Positions 20,032-29,150 of a stretch of DNA of 64,000 bases are shown here, piece after piece. The notes beneath the pieces are model-generated. The model had not been told where the DNA came from, made no database searches, and saw nothing but the letters and a program-made list of their open reading frames with translations. Both the position numbers and the translations under genes were made by a program. Positions within the stretch are counted from its first letter, which is position 1. Every line of letters starts with the position of its first letter. The stretch comes from an uncultured Atribacterota bacterium (GTDB taxonomy: Bacteria > Atribacterota > JALVIU01), in NCBI GenBank assembly GCA_964462295.1, contig CAYWXH010000003.1, forward strand, positions 9,653-73,652. The letters run 5' to 3'.

Positions 20032-21051
20032 ATGATGAAGGAGGCCTTGTTTTATACCTCACATGATAGGGGTGTGAGGTGTCTTTTGTGCCCTAAGGGG
20101 TGTTTGATTGATGATGGTAAAAGGGGTGATTGCAGGGTTAGATTAAACAACAAAGGGATTTTATATACACTAAACTATGGCAAGGTGACCGCACTTTCCT
20201 ATGATCCTATAGAAAAGAAACCCCTTTATCACTTTCTGCCAGGTAGTTATATATTCTCTATAGGGACATTTGGATGTAATTTTTCATGTCCTTTTTGCCA
20301 AAACTGGGAAATATCTCAGGCTACAGAGGTAGATATACCTTCAAAAGATATCTCTTTAGAAGACCTTATCTTATACGGAAAAAAATATGGTTCTGTAGGT
20401 GTGGCATTTACATACAATGAACCTACTATTTGGTATGAGTTTATAAGAGATAGTGCACCGCTAATTAAACAAAATGGGTTAAAAGTAGTTTTGGTGACAA
20501 ACGGGTATATAAATCCCCTTCCTCAGAGAGAACTTCTGCCTTATGTGGATGCTATGAATATAGACCTTAAGGCCTTTAGTGATGAATTTTATGTAAAATA
20601 TACAGGTGGACATTTATTACCCGTGTTAAGGGCTATAGAACAGGCACATGATAGAGGGATTCATGTAGAGATTACAAATCTTATTATTACAGGACTAAAT
20701 GATAGTAAAGAAGATATAAGTGCCCTTGTGGATTGGGTTTATCAACTTGATCCCAAAATTCCTTTACATTTTTCCCGATATTTTCCTGCCTATAAGATGA
20801 ACCGTCCACCTACTTCTTTAGCTACTATAGAAATGGCTTACAATATGGCACGAGAAAGGCTTTACTATGTATATATGGGAAATGTCTTAAACCCAGAGGG
20901 GAATACTACCTATTGTAAAAATTGTGGTAAGCCTATTATTGAAAGAAGGGGCTATGAAATCACTTCATATAATATAGATGGTGATAGATGTAAATTCTGT
21001 GGTGAAAGGGTAGATGGAGTGTTTGAAGTAAACAGAGATTTAGAGGAGTAA
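20032..21051 (+). CDS. AmmeMemoRadiSam system radical SAM enzyme (PflA-like activase family)
   Basis: 339 aa. CNFSCPFCQNW radical SAM cluster motif. N-terminal CLLCPKGC and C-terminal CKNCGK..CKFCG extra Cys motifs. 2-nt gap after the AMMECR1 gene. Confidence 0.75.
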   Translation: MMKEALFYTSHDRGVRCLLCPKGCLIDDGKRGDCRVRLNNKGILYTLNYGKVTALSYDPIEKKPLYHFLPGSYIFSIGTFGCNFSCPFCQNWEISQATEVDIPSKDISLEDLILYGKKYGSVGVAFTYNEPTIWYEFIRDSAPLIKQNGLKVVLVTNGYINPLPQRELLPYVDAMNIDLKAFSDEFYVKYTGGHLLPVLRAIEQAHDRGIHVEITNLIITGLNDSKEDISALVDWVYQLDPKIPLHFSRYFPAYKMNRPPTSLATIEMAYNMARERLYYVYMGNVLNPEGNTTYCKNCGKPIIERRGYEITSYNIDGDRCKFCGERVDGVFEVNRDLEE

Positions 21052-21053
21052 AG

Positions 21054-22070
21054 ATGGGGATACCAATTTTTAAAAAAAGAGTAGGTATAGACCTTGGAAC
21101 TGCGTATACTTTGATTTATTTAAAGGGAAAGGGTATCATCTTAAATGAGCCTTCTGTGATAAGTGTCTACAAAGACTCTAAACAAGTTATAGAGGTAGGA
21201 CGAAGGGCAAAAAGGATGTTGGGAAGGGCCCCTTACTATATAGATGTGGTAAGACCTCTTAGGTATGGTGTAATCTCTGAACTTGAGTATGCCATCCTTA
21301 TGCTCAAGGAATTTTTGGAAATTGTTGATGTAAAACCGGGATTTTTTACGGGATTAGAGACAATAGTTTGTGTCCCCTCTGCAGTAAGTACGGTTGATAA
21401 AAGGGCGGTACTTGAGCTTTCATATAGATTAGGGGCAAAAAGGGCATACCTTATTTCAGAACCAATAGCAGCTGCCATTGGTGCAGGTATGAATATTTTT
21501 GAATCTATAGGGAGTTTTATAATAGATATTGGTGGAGGTACAAGTGAATCTGCTATTATATCCCTAGGAGGACTTGTAGAAAATGAAATTACCTCTGTAG
21601 CAGGGGACAGGATGAATGAAGAAGTCATAAGATTGTTTAAAAATAAGTACAAAATTCTTATAGGAGAACAAATGGCAGAGGCTATAAAGGTAAACCTTGG
21701 TATAATAGATGATCCTGATGAGAGGTATTATGCAAAGGGAAGAGACCTTGTTACAGGTCTCCCCACAGCGCAAGAGATAAGCGCAGGGGAGTTACGGGAG
21801 GCCTTAACACCTTTAATAGATGAAATCATAAGGGTTTTGAGAGAAACCCTTATGAAGGCCAATCCTGAAATCCATAGTGATATAATGGAGAGGGGATTGG
21901 TTTTGTCAGGAGGAGGTGCACTTATAAAAGGATTAGATACATATATAAGGGATAAATTGGAAATTCCTGTTATCTTTGCCCCTCAACCCCTTTACTCTGT
22001 TATAAATGGTATAGCAGAGGTATTTAAAAACCCTAATAAATACGCAGATGTACTGATTAAGATGGAATAG
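21054..22070 (+). CDS. mreB: Rod-shape-determining protein MreB (actin homologue)
   Basis: 338 aa. GIDLGTAYTLIY, EPSVISV, IDIGGGTSE. Confidence 0.85.
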   Translation: MGIPIFKKRVGIDLGTAYTLIYLKGKGIILNEPSVISVYKDSKQVIEVGRRAKRMLGRAPYYIDVVRPLRYGVISELEYAILMLKEFLEIVDVKPGFFTGLETIVCVPSAVSTVDKRAVLELSYRLGAKRAYLISEPIAAAIGAGMNIFESIGSFIIDIGGGTSESAIISLGGLVENEITSVAGDRMNEEVIRLFKNKYKILIGEQMAEAIKVNLGIIDDPDERYYAKGRDLVTGLPTAQEISAGELREALTPLIDEIIRVLRETLMKANPEIHSDIMERGLVLSGGGALIKGLDTYIRDKLEIPVIFAPQPLYSVINGIAEVFKNPNKYADVLIKME

Positions 22071-22076
22071 GAAGAT

Positions 22077-22904
22077 ATGTTTTATAGACAAAAAAGGAAT
22101 AATAAATATCTATATCTATTTCTTGCTATAGTATTTTTTTCATTAATTTTAATTACTGTTACATATAAGTTTTCTATAGATCAGTATAGATTTTCTTATC
22201 CATTTTCCCGCATATTTTCAGAGGTATCCATCTTTTTTCAATCTCTTTATAAAAATGTAGTAAACTATATCTCAATATTTACTGAATATAAAAAGATAAA
22301 GGTTCAAAATCAAGAATTGAAAAAAAGCTTATCTATCTTGATAAATGAGAACAATCAACTTAGGGAAAAGCTCTCATACTATAAAAGATGGAATAAGATG
22401 CTAAAATACAAGGAACACTCTTCTTTTAAGCTTATTCCGGCAAATGTAGTAGGAAGGGAACCTTCTGCCTGGTTTCAGTATATATTTATAGATAAAGGGA
22501 AAAAAGATGGAATAAAAAAGGACATGGTAGTAATTACCTATTTAGGTCTTGTGGGAAAAATAAAGGCAGTAGGCCCGAGAACATCAAAAGTTATGCTTAT
22601 CCTTGATGCAAAAAGTTCTTTGGGAGGGATGATCCAAAGAACGAGAGATATAGGTGTTATAGAGGGTTTAGGTAAGGAATACTTGAGAATGATATATATA
22701 AATAATTTGGCAAATATATATAAAGGTGATATAGTTATTACCTCTGGTCTTGGAGGTATTTATCCAAAGGGTATAGCAGTGGGATATGTTTTTCGGATAG
22801 AAAAAGAGCTTGACAAGTTATACCAAAAGGTTTATATTACCCCTCGAGTGGATTTTATGCATCTTGAAGAGGTATTTATAATTAAGGGTAAGGAGGAAAA
22901 ATGA
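22077..22904 (+). CDS. mreC: Rod-shape-determining protein MreC
   Basis: 275 aa. N-terminal TM plus coiled coil (ENNQLREKLSYYK). C-terminal GDIVITSGLGGIYPKGIAVG. Follows mreB. Confidence 0.7.
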   Translation: MFYRQKRNNKYLYLFLAIVFFSLILITVTYKFSIDQYRFSYPFSRIFSEVSIFFQSLYKNVVNYISIFTEYKKIKVQNQELKKSLSILINENNQLREKLSYYKRWNKMLKYKEHSSFKLIPANVVGREPSAWFQYIFIDKGKKDGIKKDMVVITYLGLVGKIKAVGPRTSKVMLILDAKSSLGGMIQRTRDIGVIEGLGKEYLRMIYINNLANIYKGDIVITSGLGGIYPKGIAVGYVFRIEKELDKLYQKVYITPRVDFMHLEEVFIIKGKEEK

Positions 22905-24169
22905 TAGTATTCAAAACTGTGGATGATAAACTTAAAGTGGTAGCAAAAGAGATGTCCCATGTGGAGTCTGTATCTGTAATTGTTTGGATAAAAACAGGGT
23001 CAAGGTATGAACCTAAGGAGCTAAACGGTATTTCTCATTTAATAGAACATATGGTATTTAAGGGTTCAAAAAAGAGAGATAATGCCCTTAAAATCTCCCT
23101 TGCTATAGAAGAGATAGGGGGAAAGATAAATGCCTTTACATCAGAAGAATACACTGGTTTTTATGTAAAGGTACCGGCAAATTACTTATCTTTAGGGTTA
23201 GATGTCTTATCTGATATGATATTTAATCCTTTGTTAAGAGAAGAAGACCTTGTAAAAGAAAAAAAGGTAGTAATGGAAGAGATAAAGAGATATTATGATA
23301 TACCTGAAGAGTGGGTAGAGACTCTACTTACAAAGGCTGTTTGGGGAGATCATCCATTGGGAAGAGATATATTAGGTACCATAGAATCAGTCTCAGGTAT
23401 AACCAAAAAGGATATAGAGGATTTTATGAAGAAGTACTATGCCCCTTACAATATTACACTGAGTATAGCAGGTAAGATTTCCTTTGAGGAGATATTTAAA
23501 TTATCAAAGGACTATTTTCTTATAGATAGGGATGGTGTGCCATCTAATTTTTTAAAGGCAGATGATAAGATTCAAGGTGATAAGTTTATAATAGAACATA
23601 GGAAGATAAATCAGACCCATCTTTCTATGGCATTTTTGTCTTTTCCTCGTGGGGATAAGAAAAGATACGCCCTATCCCTTATGAGTATAATCCTAGGTTC
23701 AGGAATGAGTTCGAGACTCTTCCAGAGATTGAGAGAAGAAAAGGGATTAGTTTATGATATCTCTACTTATCCTGTCTATTTTACAGATACGGGGATCTTT
23801 AAAATCGGAGCAGGAATAGATCCTAAAAGGACTAAAGAGGCTATATATGCTATACAGGAAGAGTTACAAAAAATGAAAGAATTCCACAATGAGAAGGAGC
23901 TTAGAAAGGCAAAAGAATATTATAAAGGGAGTTTCCTTATAAGTCTTGAGGATTCGCTTACCCAATCTTCATTTGTAGGAAAGTGGACTATGTTAGAGGG
24001 AAATCCTCCAGATATATCAGAATTTATAGAGCAGACTGAAAGGGTTACTACAGATGATGTAAGAGAACTTGCAAATACAATATTTACATATGAAAGAGAG
24101 GCCGCTTCAATAATTTTTCCTGAGGATCTACATCTTGACCACAAGGAGTTGTTCTTTAAAGACCTATGA
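22901..24169 (+). CDS. M16-family zinc peptidase (pitrilysin-like)
   Basis: 422 aa. Inverted zinc motif HLIEHMVFKGS (HxxEH). ATGA overlap with mreC. Confidence 0.8.
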   Translation: MIVFKTVDDKLKVVAKEMSHVESVSVIVWIKTGSRYEPKELNGISHLIEHMVFKGSKKRDNALKISLAIEEIGGKINAFTSEEYTGFYVKVPANYLSLGLDVLSDMIFNPLLREEDLVKEKKVVMEEIKRYYDIPEEWVETLLTKAVWGDHPLGRDILGTIESVSGITKKDIEDFMKKYYAPYNITLSIAGKISFEEIFKLSKDYFLIDRDGVPSNFLKADDKIQGDKFIIEHRKINQTHLSMAFLSFPRGDKKRYALSLMSIILGSGMSSRLFQRLREEKGLVYDISTYPVYFTDTGIFKIGAGIDPKRTKEAIYAIQEELQKMKEFHNEKELRKAKEYYKGSFLISLEDSLTQSSFVGKWTMLEGNPPDISEFIEQTERVTTDDVRELANTIFTYEREAASIIFPEDLHLDHKELFFKDL

Positions 24170-24375
24170 TAAAAGGGAAAGAGGCCATAATAGGGCTTAG
24201 AGAAAATGATATATTGAAATTGAGAAAACCTCATCCATGTGGTAGTCATTATTTTTTAGTAAAAAAACCCGGTATTAATGTATCACTTATGTGTATAAAG
24301 TGTGGTGGTAGAATTAAAATACCACGGGTAAAATTAGAATATGCACTTATAGGTGTAATTAAGGCAGATTATTGA
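24166..24375 (+). CDS. DUF951-family small protein
   Basis: 69 aa. LRKPHPCGSHYFLV..IKCGGRIKIPR matches the KKPHPCG...C..C signature of DUF951. Confidence 0.6.
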   Translation: MIKGKEAIIGLRENDILKLRKPHPCGSHYFLVKKPGINVSLMCIKCGGRIKIPRVKLEYALIGVIKADY

Positions 24376-24421
24376 ATTTTTCTTCAAATTATGGTAAAAT
24401 TAAAAAAAATGGAGGGGTTTT

Positions 24422-24898
24422 ATGACACCTGTAAAGGTGTTTAACTTGGTAATTGATCAAGAAAGTGAGCAGTATATTGTAGTCCTTGAAGAAGAGGATG
24501 GCCCGAGACTGCTTCTTATTTGGATAGGAGCCTATGAGGCTCGTGCTATAGCATTAGGGCTTCAGGGATTAAAATTTGAAAGACCCCTTACCCATGACCT
24601 ACTTATAAGTATACTTAAAAATTTTGGTATTAAGGTACTTGATGTAGTTATATCAGACTTAAAGGAAAACACATACTATGCGTATATAAACATGATACAG
24701 GGAAATTACAGAGTGAAGATAGATTCGAGACCAAGTGATGCTATAGCATTGGCTGTAAATTTGGGTGTTCCTATATATGTAGGTGATGAAGTTTGGAAAA
24801 GGGGAAGTGTTATCTTAAAACCTATTACAGATGAAGAAGAGGAAGAATTTCGCAAGAAACTTGAAAACATAAGGCCTGAAGATTTTATGGATCTTTGA
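24422..24898 (+). CDS. Bifunctional nuclease (BFN, DUF151) domain protein
   Basis: 158 aa. LLIWIGAYEARAIALGLQG..RPLTHDL..YYAYINM..IDSRPSDAIALAV fits the BFN family. Acidic C-terminal tail. Confidence 0.6.
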   Translation: MTPVKVFNLVIDQESEQYIVVLEEEDGPRLLLIWIGAYEARAIALGLQGLKFERPLTHDLLISILKNFGIKVLDVVISDLKENTYYAYINMIQGNYRVKIDSRPSDAIALAVNLGVPIYVGDEVWKRGSVILKPITDEEEEEFRKKLENIRPEDFMDL

Positions 24899-24937
24899 TA
24901 AATTGATTTTTTTGCGAAAGTATGGTATAATTTTCTC

Positions 24938-25396
24938 ATGGAGAAAATAGTTGCAACCAATAGGAAGGCAAGATTTAACTACCATATCTTGGATACATAT
25001 GAAGCTGGAATAGAGCTTAAGGGAAATGAGGTAAAATCAATAAGAGAGGGCAAAGTAAGTATAAATGAGTCCTTTGCTACTGTGAAAAACGGAGAAATTT
25101 TTGTACATAATATGCATATTTCCCCATATGAATTTGCAAATAGGTTTGCAGCAGACCCTAAAAGAAAGAGAAAGCTCCTATTACATAAAGAAGAGATTAG
25201 AAGAATTTCAAAAAGGGTTAGTGAAAAAGGTCTTACACTTATACCTTTAAAAGTTTATCTTAAAAACAATAAGGTAAAGGTAGAGCTTGGCATATGTAAA
25301 GGCAAGAAACTATATGATAAGAGGGAAACCATTGCGAAGCGTGATATGGAGCGCGAAATGAGAAGAAGGGGGCGAATGGTATCGACAGGGATATAG
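24938..25396 (+). CDS. smpB: SsrA-binding protein SmpB
   Basis: 152 aa. IATNRKARFNYHILDTYEAGIELKGNEVKSIR. Basic C-terminal tail. Confidence 0.9.
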   Translation: MEKIVATNRKARFNYHILDTYEAGIELKGNEVKSIREGKVSINESFATVKNGEIFVHNMHISPYEFANRFAADPKRKRKLLLHKEEIRRISKRVSEKGLTLIPLKVYLKNNKVKVELGICKGKKLYDKRETIAKRDMEREMRRRGRMVSTGI

Positions 25397-25714
25397 GGGG
25401 TATAAGTTGCGAGCCGAGCTCCTGTCTCGTAAAACCAGGACCAAACAAATAAACGCCGAAGACAACTTCGCACTAGCAGCTTAGTTAATTAAGCTGCCGC
25501 CTACCCTTCCTCTGATCCTCGGGAAGGAATAGGCGTCAATGAGAGGATCTTATCTTTCACCCTTGCCCACGGGGTGAAAGAGACATATTCTGTGGGCTTG
25601 CAATCTTCTCCCTGCCTGAGGGGGAGGAGATTGTGAAATTTAAACCTCAGGCTACGCTCGTAGAGGCTTGTACCAACATATCCCTGGACGCGGGTTCGAT
25701 TCCCGCCGCCTCCA
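25396..25714 (+). ncRNA. ssrA: Transfer-messenger RNA (tmRNA, SsrA)
   Basis: 5' GGGGG directly after the smpB stop. Internal tag ORF GCC GAA GAC AAC TTC GCA CTA GCA GCT TAG gives AEDNFALAA, followed by extra stops. 3' tRNA-like end GGACGCGGGTTCGATTCCCGCCGCCTCCA (T-arm plus acceptor with G3:U), followed by a T-run. CCA is not encoded. The exact 5' end is approximate. Confidence 0.85.
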
Positions 25715-25751
25715 TTTTTATGACTATTTAGCTGGAGGACAATATAAAGTA

Positions 25752-27269
25752 ATGAAGCAAAAATACCTGTTTTTTTCTTTGCTTTTTTTTCTCCTAATTT
25801 TTATCCTCTTTTATCCTTCCCCAGGATATGCTATAAAGAAAGTTAGTGTATATGTAGATGGTAGATATATAGGAAAAATAGATATATATCCTGGTACACA
25901 GGGAAATATCTTGCTTCCTATAAGAGATTTATTCAGACTTTTGGGGGGTTCTGTGGGATGGATTGGCAGTACAAAAGAGACATATATTCAACTTGCAGGC
26001 AAAAAGGTTAGGATAAAAATTGGTAGTAATGAATATAGGGTGGATAGTGAAGTTGGTCATCTTGATACCCCTTTATCAGTGATCGATAATAAGCTCGTAA
26101 TCCCGTGTGATATTTTGAAAAAGATATGGGGATATGATTGTGTTTTGACATCTGGGGGCAGTAAACTTAGTATAAATACTACTTTACCTGTACTTGAAAA
26201 TTTCTATTATAAAAAGAGTAAAGATAGGATAGAATTTATATTTAAGTTTTCTAAGAAACCAGAGATTAAAGCGGGAAAACTTTCCTCTCCACCGCGTATA
26301 TTTGTTGACCTTTACAATACCTCTTCAAGGGTATCATTTGACAATATTTTAATAAACAGTAATATTGTAAAAGGGGTGCGTTCTGGAAGATTTACTCCAT
26401 CTATTTTTCGAATAGTATTTGATTTAGTTAAGGATGCTTATTATACCACTCAGGTAAATGGCAATGATTTGGTCCTTACCATTTTTTACAAAGGGGGAAG
26501 CCTGTCTCAACCTACCCCTCTTCCTTCTATGGCAGAAACACCTACTTCTGGGACAAATACCCCACCTCCTATAAAGTGGACACCACCGCAAAATCATAAA
26601 AAAAAGATTATTATTTTAGACCCTGGGCATGGAGGAAAGGACCCAGGAGCTATAGGAAGATATGGGACAAAGGAGAAAAATATAGTCCTATCTGTTGCCC
26701 TTAGATTAAAAAAGATGCTTGAACAGAGTGGATACACTGTATATATGACAAGATCAAGTGATAGATTTATCCCATTACAGGAAAGACCTCGCATTGCCAA
26801 CAGGAAGAATGGAGACCTATTTATAAGTATTCATGTCAATTCTGCACCCAAAAATACAAAGGCATCAGGTATAGAAACATTCTATCTTTCTTCGAGATAT
26901 TCTGATCCACAGGCAAAAGAGGTGGCAAAGAGGGAGAATACATCAAGTTTTACAGGTAAGCCTCTTACAGAAGACGAGCTTATAAAACTTATTTTAAGTG
27001 ATCTCTTGCTTACAGTCAATATTGAGGATAGTAGTAAATTTGCAGGACTTTTGGAAAAACAACTAACACGATATGTAAAATTACCTGTTCGAGGGGTAAA
27101 AACAGCACCATTTATTGTACTTAAAGGGCTTAAAATGCCGGCTGTCCTAGTAGAACTTGGATTTATTTCAAATCCAAAAGAAGAGAGTTTGCTTAAGTCT
27201 AAGGACTTTCAACTAAAACTCGTAAAGGGTATTACAAGTGCAATCAAGCTCTTCTTTAGGGGACATTAG
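25752..27269 (+). CDS. N-acetylmuramoyl-L-alanine amidase (amidase_3) with an N-terminal copper-amine-oxidase-like stalk domain and an AMIN domain
   Basis: The ORF-track ORF starts at 25668 inside the tmRNA. The real start is ATG 25752 (MKQKYLFFSLLFF signal peptide) with SD GGAGGA. Catalytic region ILDPGHGGKDPGA..E..ISIHVNS. Pro/Thr-rich linker. Confidence 0.8.
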   Translation: MKQKYLFFSLLFFLLIFILFYPSPGYAIKKVSVYVDGRYIGKIDIYPGTQGNILLPIRDLFRLLGGSVGWIGSTKETYIQLAGKKVRIKIGSNEYRVDSEVGHLDTPLSVIDNKLVIPCDILKKIWGYDCVLTSGGSKLSINTTLPVLENFYYKKSKDRIEFIFKFSKKPEIKAGKLSSPPRIFVDLYNTSSRVSFDNILINSNIVKGVRSGRFTPSIFRIVFDLVKDAYYTTQVNGNDLVLTIFYKGGSLSQPTPLPSMAETPTSGTNTPPPIKWTPPQNHKKKIIILDPGHGGKDPGAIGRYGTKEKNIVLSVALRLKKMLEQSGYTVYMTRSSDRFIPLQERPRIANRKNGDLFISIHVNSAPKNTKASGIETFYLSSRYSDPQAKEVAKRENTSSFTGKPLTEDELIKLILSDLLLTVNIEDSSKFAGLLEKQLTRYVKLPVRGVKTAPFIVLKGLKMPAVLVELGFISNPKEESLLKSKDFQLKLVKGITSAIKLFFRGH

Positions 27270-27271
27270 CC

Positions 27272-27835
27272 ATGGACAAATCAAAGATATATATAACTTT
27301 AATTATTTTACTTATAATAGTAATAGGTATACTAGGTTTCTTTTTTTACTTAAAATTACAATATATACAAAAAGCTACATTAACCCCGGCCCCTACTACT
27401 TCTGAGATTGGGAAAGAAAAAAAGATAGAAAAAGAGGTAGTATTATATTTTGCAACAAGTGATGGAGAACATCTTGGAAAAGAGGTAAGGTTAATTAAGA
27501 CTTCTCTGGGTGATCTTCCTAAGAGGATTTTTAGAGAGCTTAAAATAGGACCTAAGGAAAAAGGTTTATATAGGATCCTTGAGGATAATGTAAAACTTAG
27601 AGATATCTACATAAGTGGAGGGGTTGGGTTTGTAGATCTGGACGGTTCTATCCTTGATAGGGGAATGGGTACAACAGAAGAGTTACTTGTAATCTATTCT
27701 ATTGTGGATAGCTTATGTTTTTCTCTTGGACTTTCAAAGATTAAATTTTTGGTGGATGGGAAGGAGATTGATACCTTTGGCCATATAGATATCTCTAACC
27801 CTTTATATCCAAACTATGATATAATAGCAAAATGA
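27272..27835 (+). CDS. GerMN-domain protein with an N-terminal membrane anchor
   Basis: 187 aa. TM helix, then VVLYFATSDGEHLGKEVRLIK..ILEDNVKLRDIYISGGVGFVDLDGS, typical of the GerMN fold. Confidence 0.5.
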   Translation: MDKSKIYITLIILLIIVIGILGFFFYLKLQYIQKATLTPAPTTSEIGKEKKIEKEVVLYFATSDGEHLGKEVRLIKTSLGDLPKRIFRELKIGPKEKGLYRILEDNVKLRDIYISGGVGFVDLDGSILDRGMGTTEELLVIYSIVDSLCFSLGLSKIKFLVDGKEIDTFGHIDISNPLYPNYDIIAK

Positions 27836-28635
27836 AGGAAAGATTAGATCAATTGTTGGTAGAACAGGGATTTTTTGAAACCAGGGAGAGGGCCAAAAGG
27901 GCTATTATAGAAGGCATAGTGGCTGTAGAGGGCTATCAGCATTTAAAGCCAGGTACACGTATTGATGAAAATGCAAAAATCACGATAAAGGATAAAAAAA
28001 GGATTTTTCCCTATGTAAGCCGGGGAGGGTTAAAACTTAAAAAGGCATTAGAGGAGTTCCAGATTATTGTAAAAGATAAGGTGGCTTTGGATATTGGTGC
28101 ATCCACTGGGGGATTTACAGATTGTCTCTTGCAATTTGGTGCAATGAAGGTTTATGCTGTGGATGTAGGATACGGGCAGTTTGATTGGAAACTTAGAAAT
28201 GATTCTCGAGTAGTATTAAGGGAGAGGGTAAATGCAAGATATCTTACAAGAGAAGTAGTACCTGAAGATGTAGATATAGTAGTAATGGATGTCTCTTTTA
28301 TCTCAGTCTCTAAGATTATCCCATCTGTTTTATCATTTTTAAAAGATGAAGGAGATATAATAATACTTGTAAAACCTCAATTTGAGGCAGGGAAAGAGGA
28401 TGTAGGGAAAGGGGTAATAAGAGACTCTAAGATTCATAAAAAGGTTATAAAAAGTGTTTTAGATAGATGTGTAGAATTTTCTTTAGGTTTTTTAGGACTT
28501 ACATGGTCTCCGATAAAGGGGCCCAAGGGCAATATGGAATTTTTACTTTGGTGTAAAAAAGGTATAAAATGTACACTGAATATTGAAGAATATATAAATA
28601 GAGTAGTAGAGGAGGCACATAGAAAATTGGATTGA
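27832..28635 (+). CDS. tlyA: TlyA-family rRNA 2'-O-methyltransferase (hemolysin A-like; S4 + FtsJ domains)
   Basis: 267 aa. N-terminal S4 (RLDQLLVEQGFFETRERAKRAI). SAM motif ALDIGASTGGFTDCLL. Confidence 0.85.
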   Translation: MKERLDQLLVEQGFFETRERAKRAIIEGIVAVEGYQHLKPGTRIDENAKITIKDKKRIFPYVSRGGLKLKKALEEFQIIVKDKVALDIGASTGGFTDCLLQFGAMKVYAVDVGYGQFDWKLRNDSRVVLRERVNARYLTREVVPEDVDIVVMDVSFISVSKIIPSVLSFLKDEGDIIILVKPQFEAGKEDVGKGVIRDSKIHKKVIKSVLDRCVEFSLGFLGLTWSPIKGPKGNMEFLLWCKKGIKCTLNIEEYINRVVEEAHRKLD

Positions 28636-29150
28636 GCTATTTTTTGTTTCTGATTCTAATCTTATCTCTTTTCTGGTTTTTCCTCTTATGGTTACCAAAG
28701 AGATTGCAAAAGGAAAGATTTAAAAAGAGAATGTTAAGTGGAAAGACGGCCGAAAAAGAGGCAGAGGAAATTCTAAGAAAAAGAGGATACAAGATACTAT
28801 CCTATCAGAAGAGAGACAAGTATGAAATTATAGTAGATAATGAACCCTACCAGATAACTGTTATTGCTGATTTTCTTGTAGAAAAAAGAGGAAGGAAGTA
28901 TGTAGTAGAGGTAAAAACCGGAAGAGATGCCCCCTCTATTAAAAACTCTACAACAAGAAGACAGCTTCTTGAGTATTATTATGTATTTAAACCAGATGGT
29001 ATATTACTTGTAGATATGGAGAATGGACTATTTCATCATATAGAATTTCTCTTTCCGTACAGACATAATATTTATAATTACATAATCTATTTTATAGTCG
29101 GCTTTCTTGCTGGAGGTGTAATATTATATTTGATCATGAGGATAAAATGA
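28632..29150 (+). CDS. Membrane-anchored hypothetical protein with a PD-(D/E)xK-nuclease-like core
   Basis: 172 aa. TM helices at both ends. Soluble middle part has a D(ADFLV)...E-V-K (RKYVVEVKTG) pattern resembling PD-(D/E)xK. Confidence 0.3.
   Translation: MSYFLFLILILSLFWFFLLWLPKRLQKERFKKRMLSGKTAEKEAEEILRKRGYKILSYQKRDKYEIIVDNEPYQITVIADFLVEKRGRKYVVEVKTGRDAPSIKNSTTRRQLLEYYYVFKPDGILLVDMENGLFHHIEFLFPYRHNIYNYIIYFIVGFLAGGVILYLIMRIK

Noticed and set aside
25668-25751. N-terminal extension of the amidase ORF (ORF-track start 25668)
   Set aside because: It overlaps the tRNA-like 3' domain of the tmRNA. ATG 25752 with a GGAGGA SD and a signal peptide is the real start.
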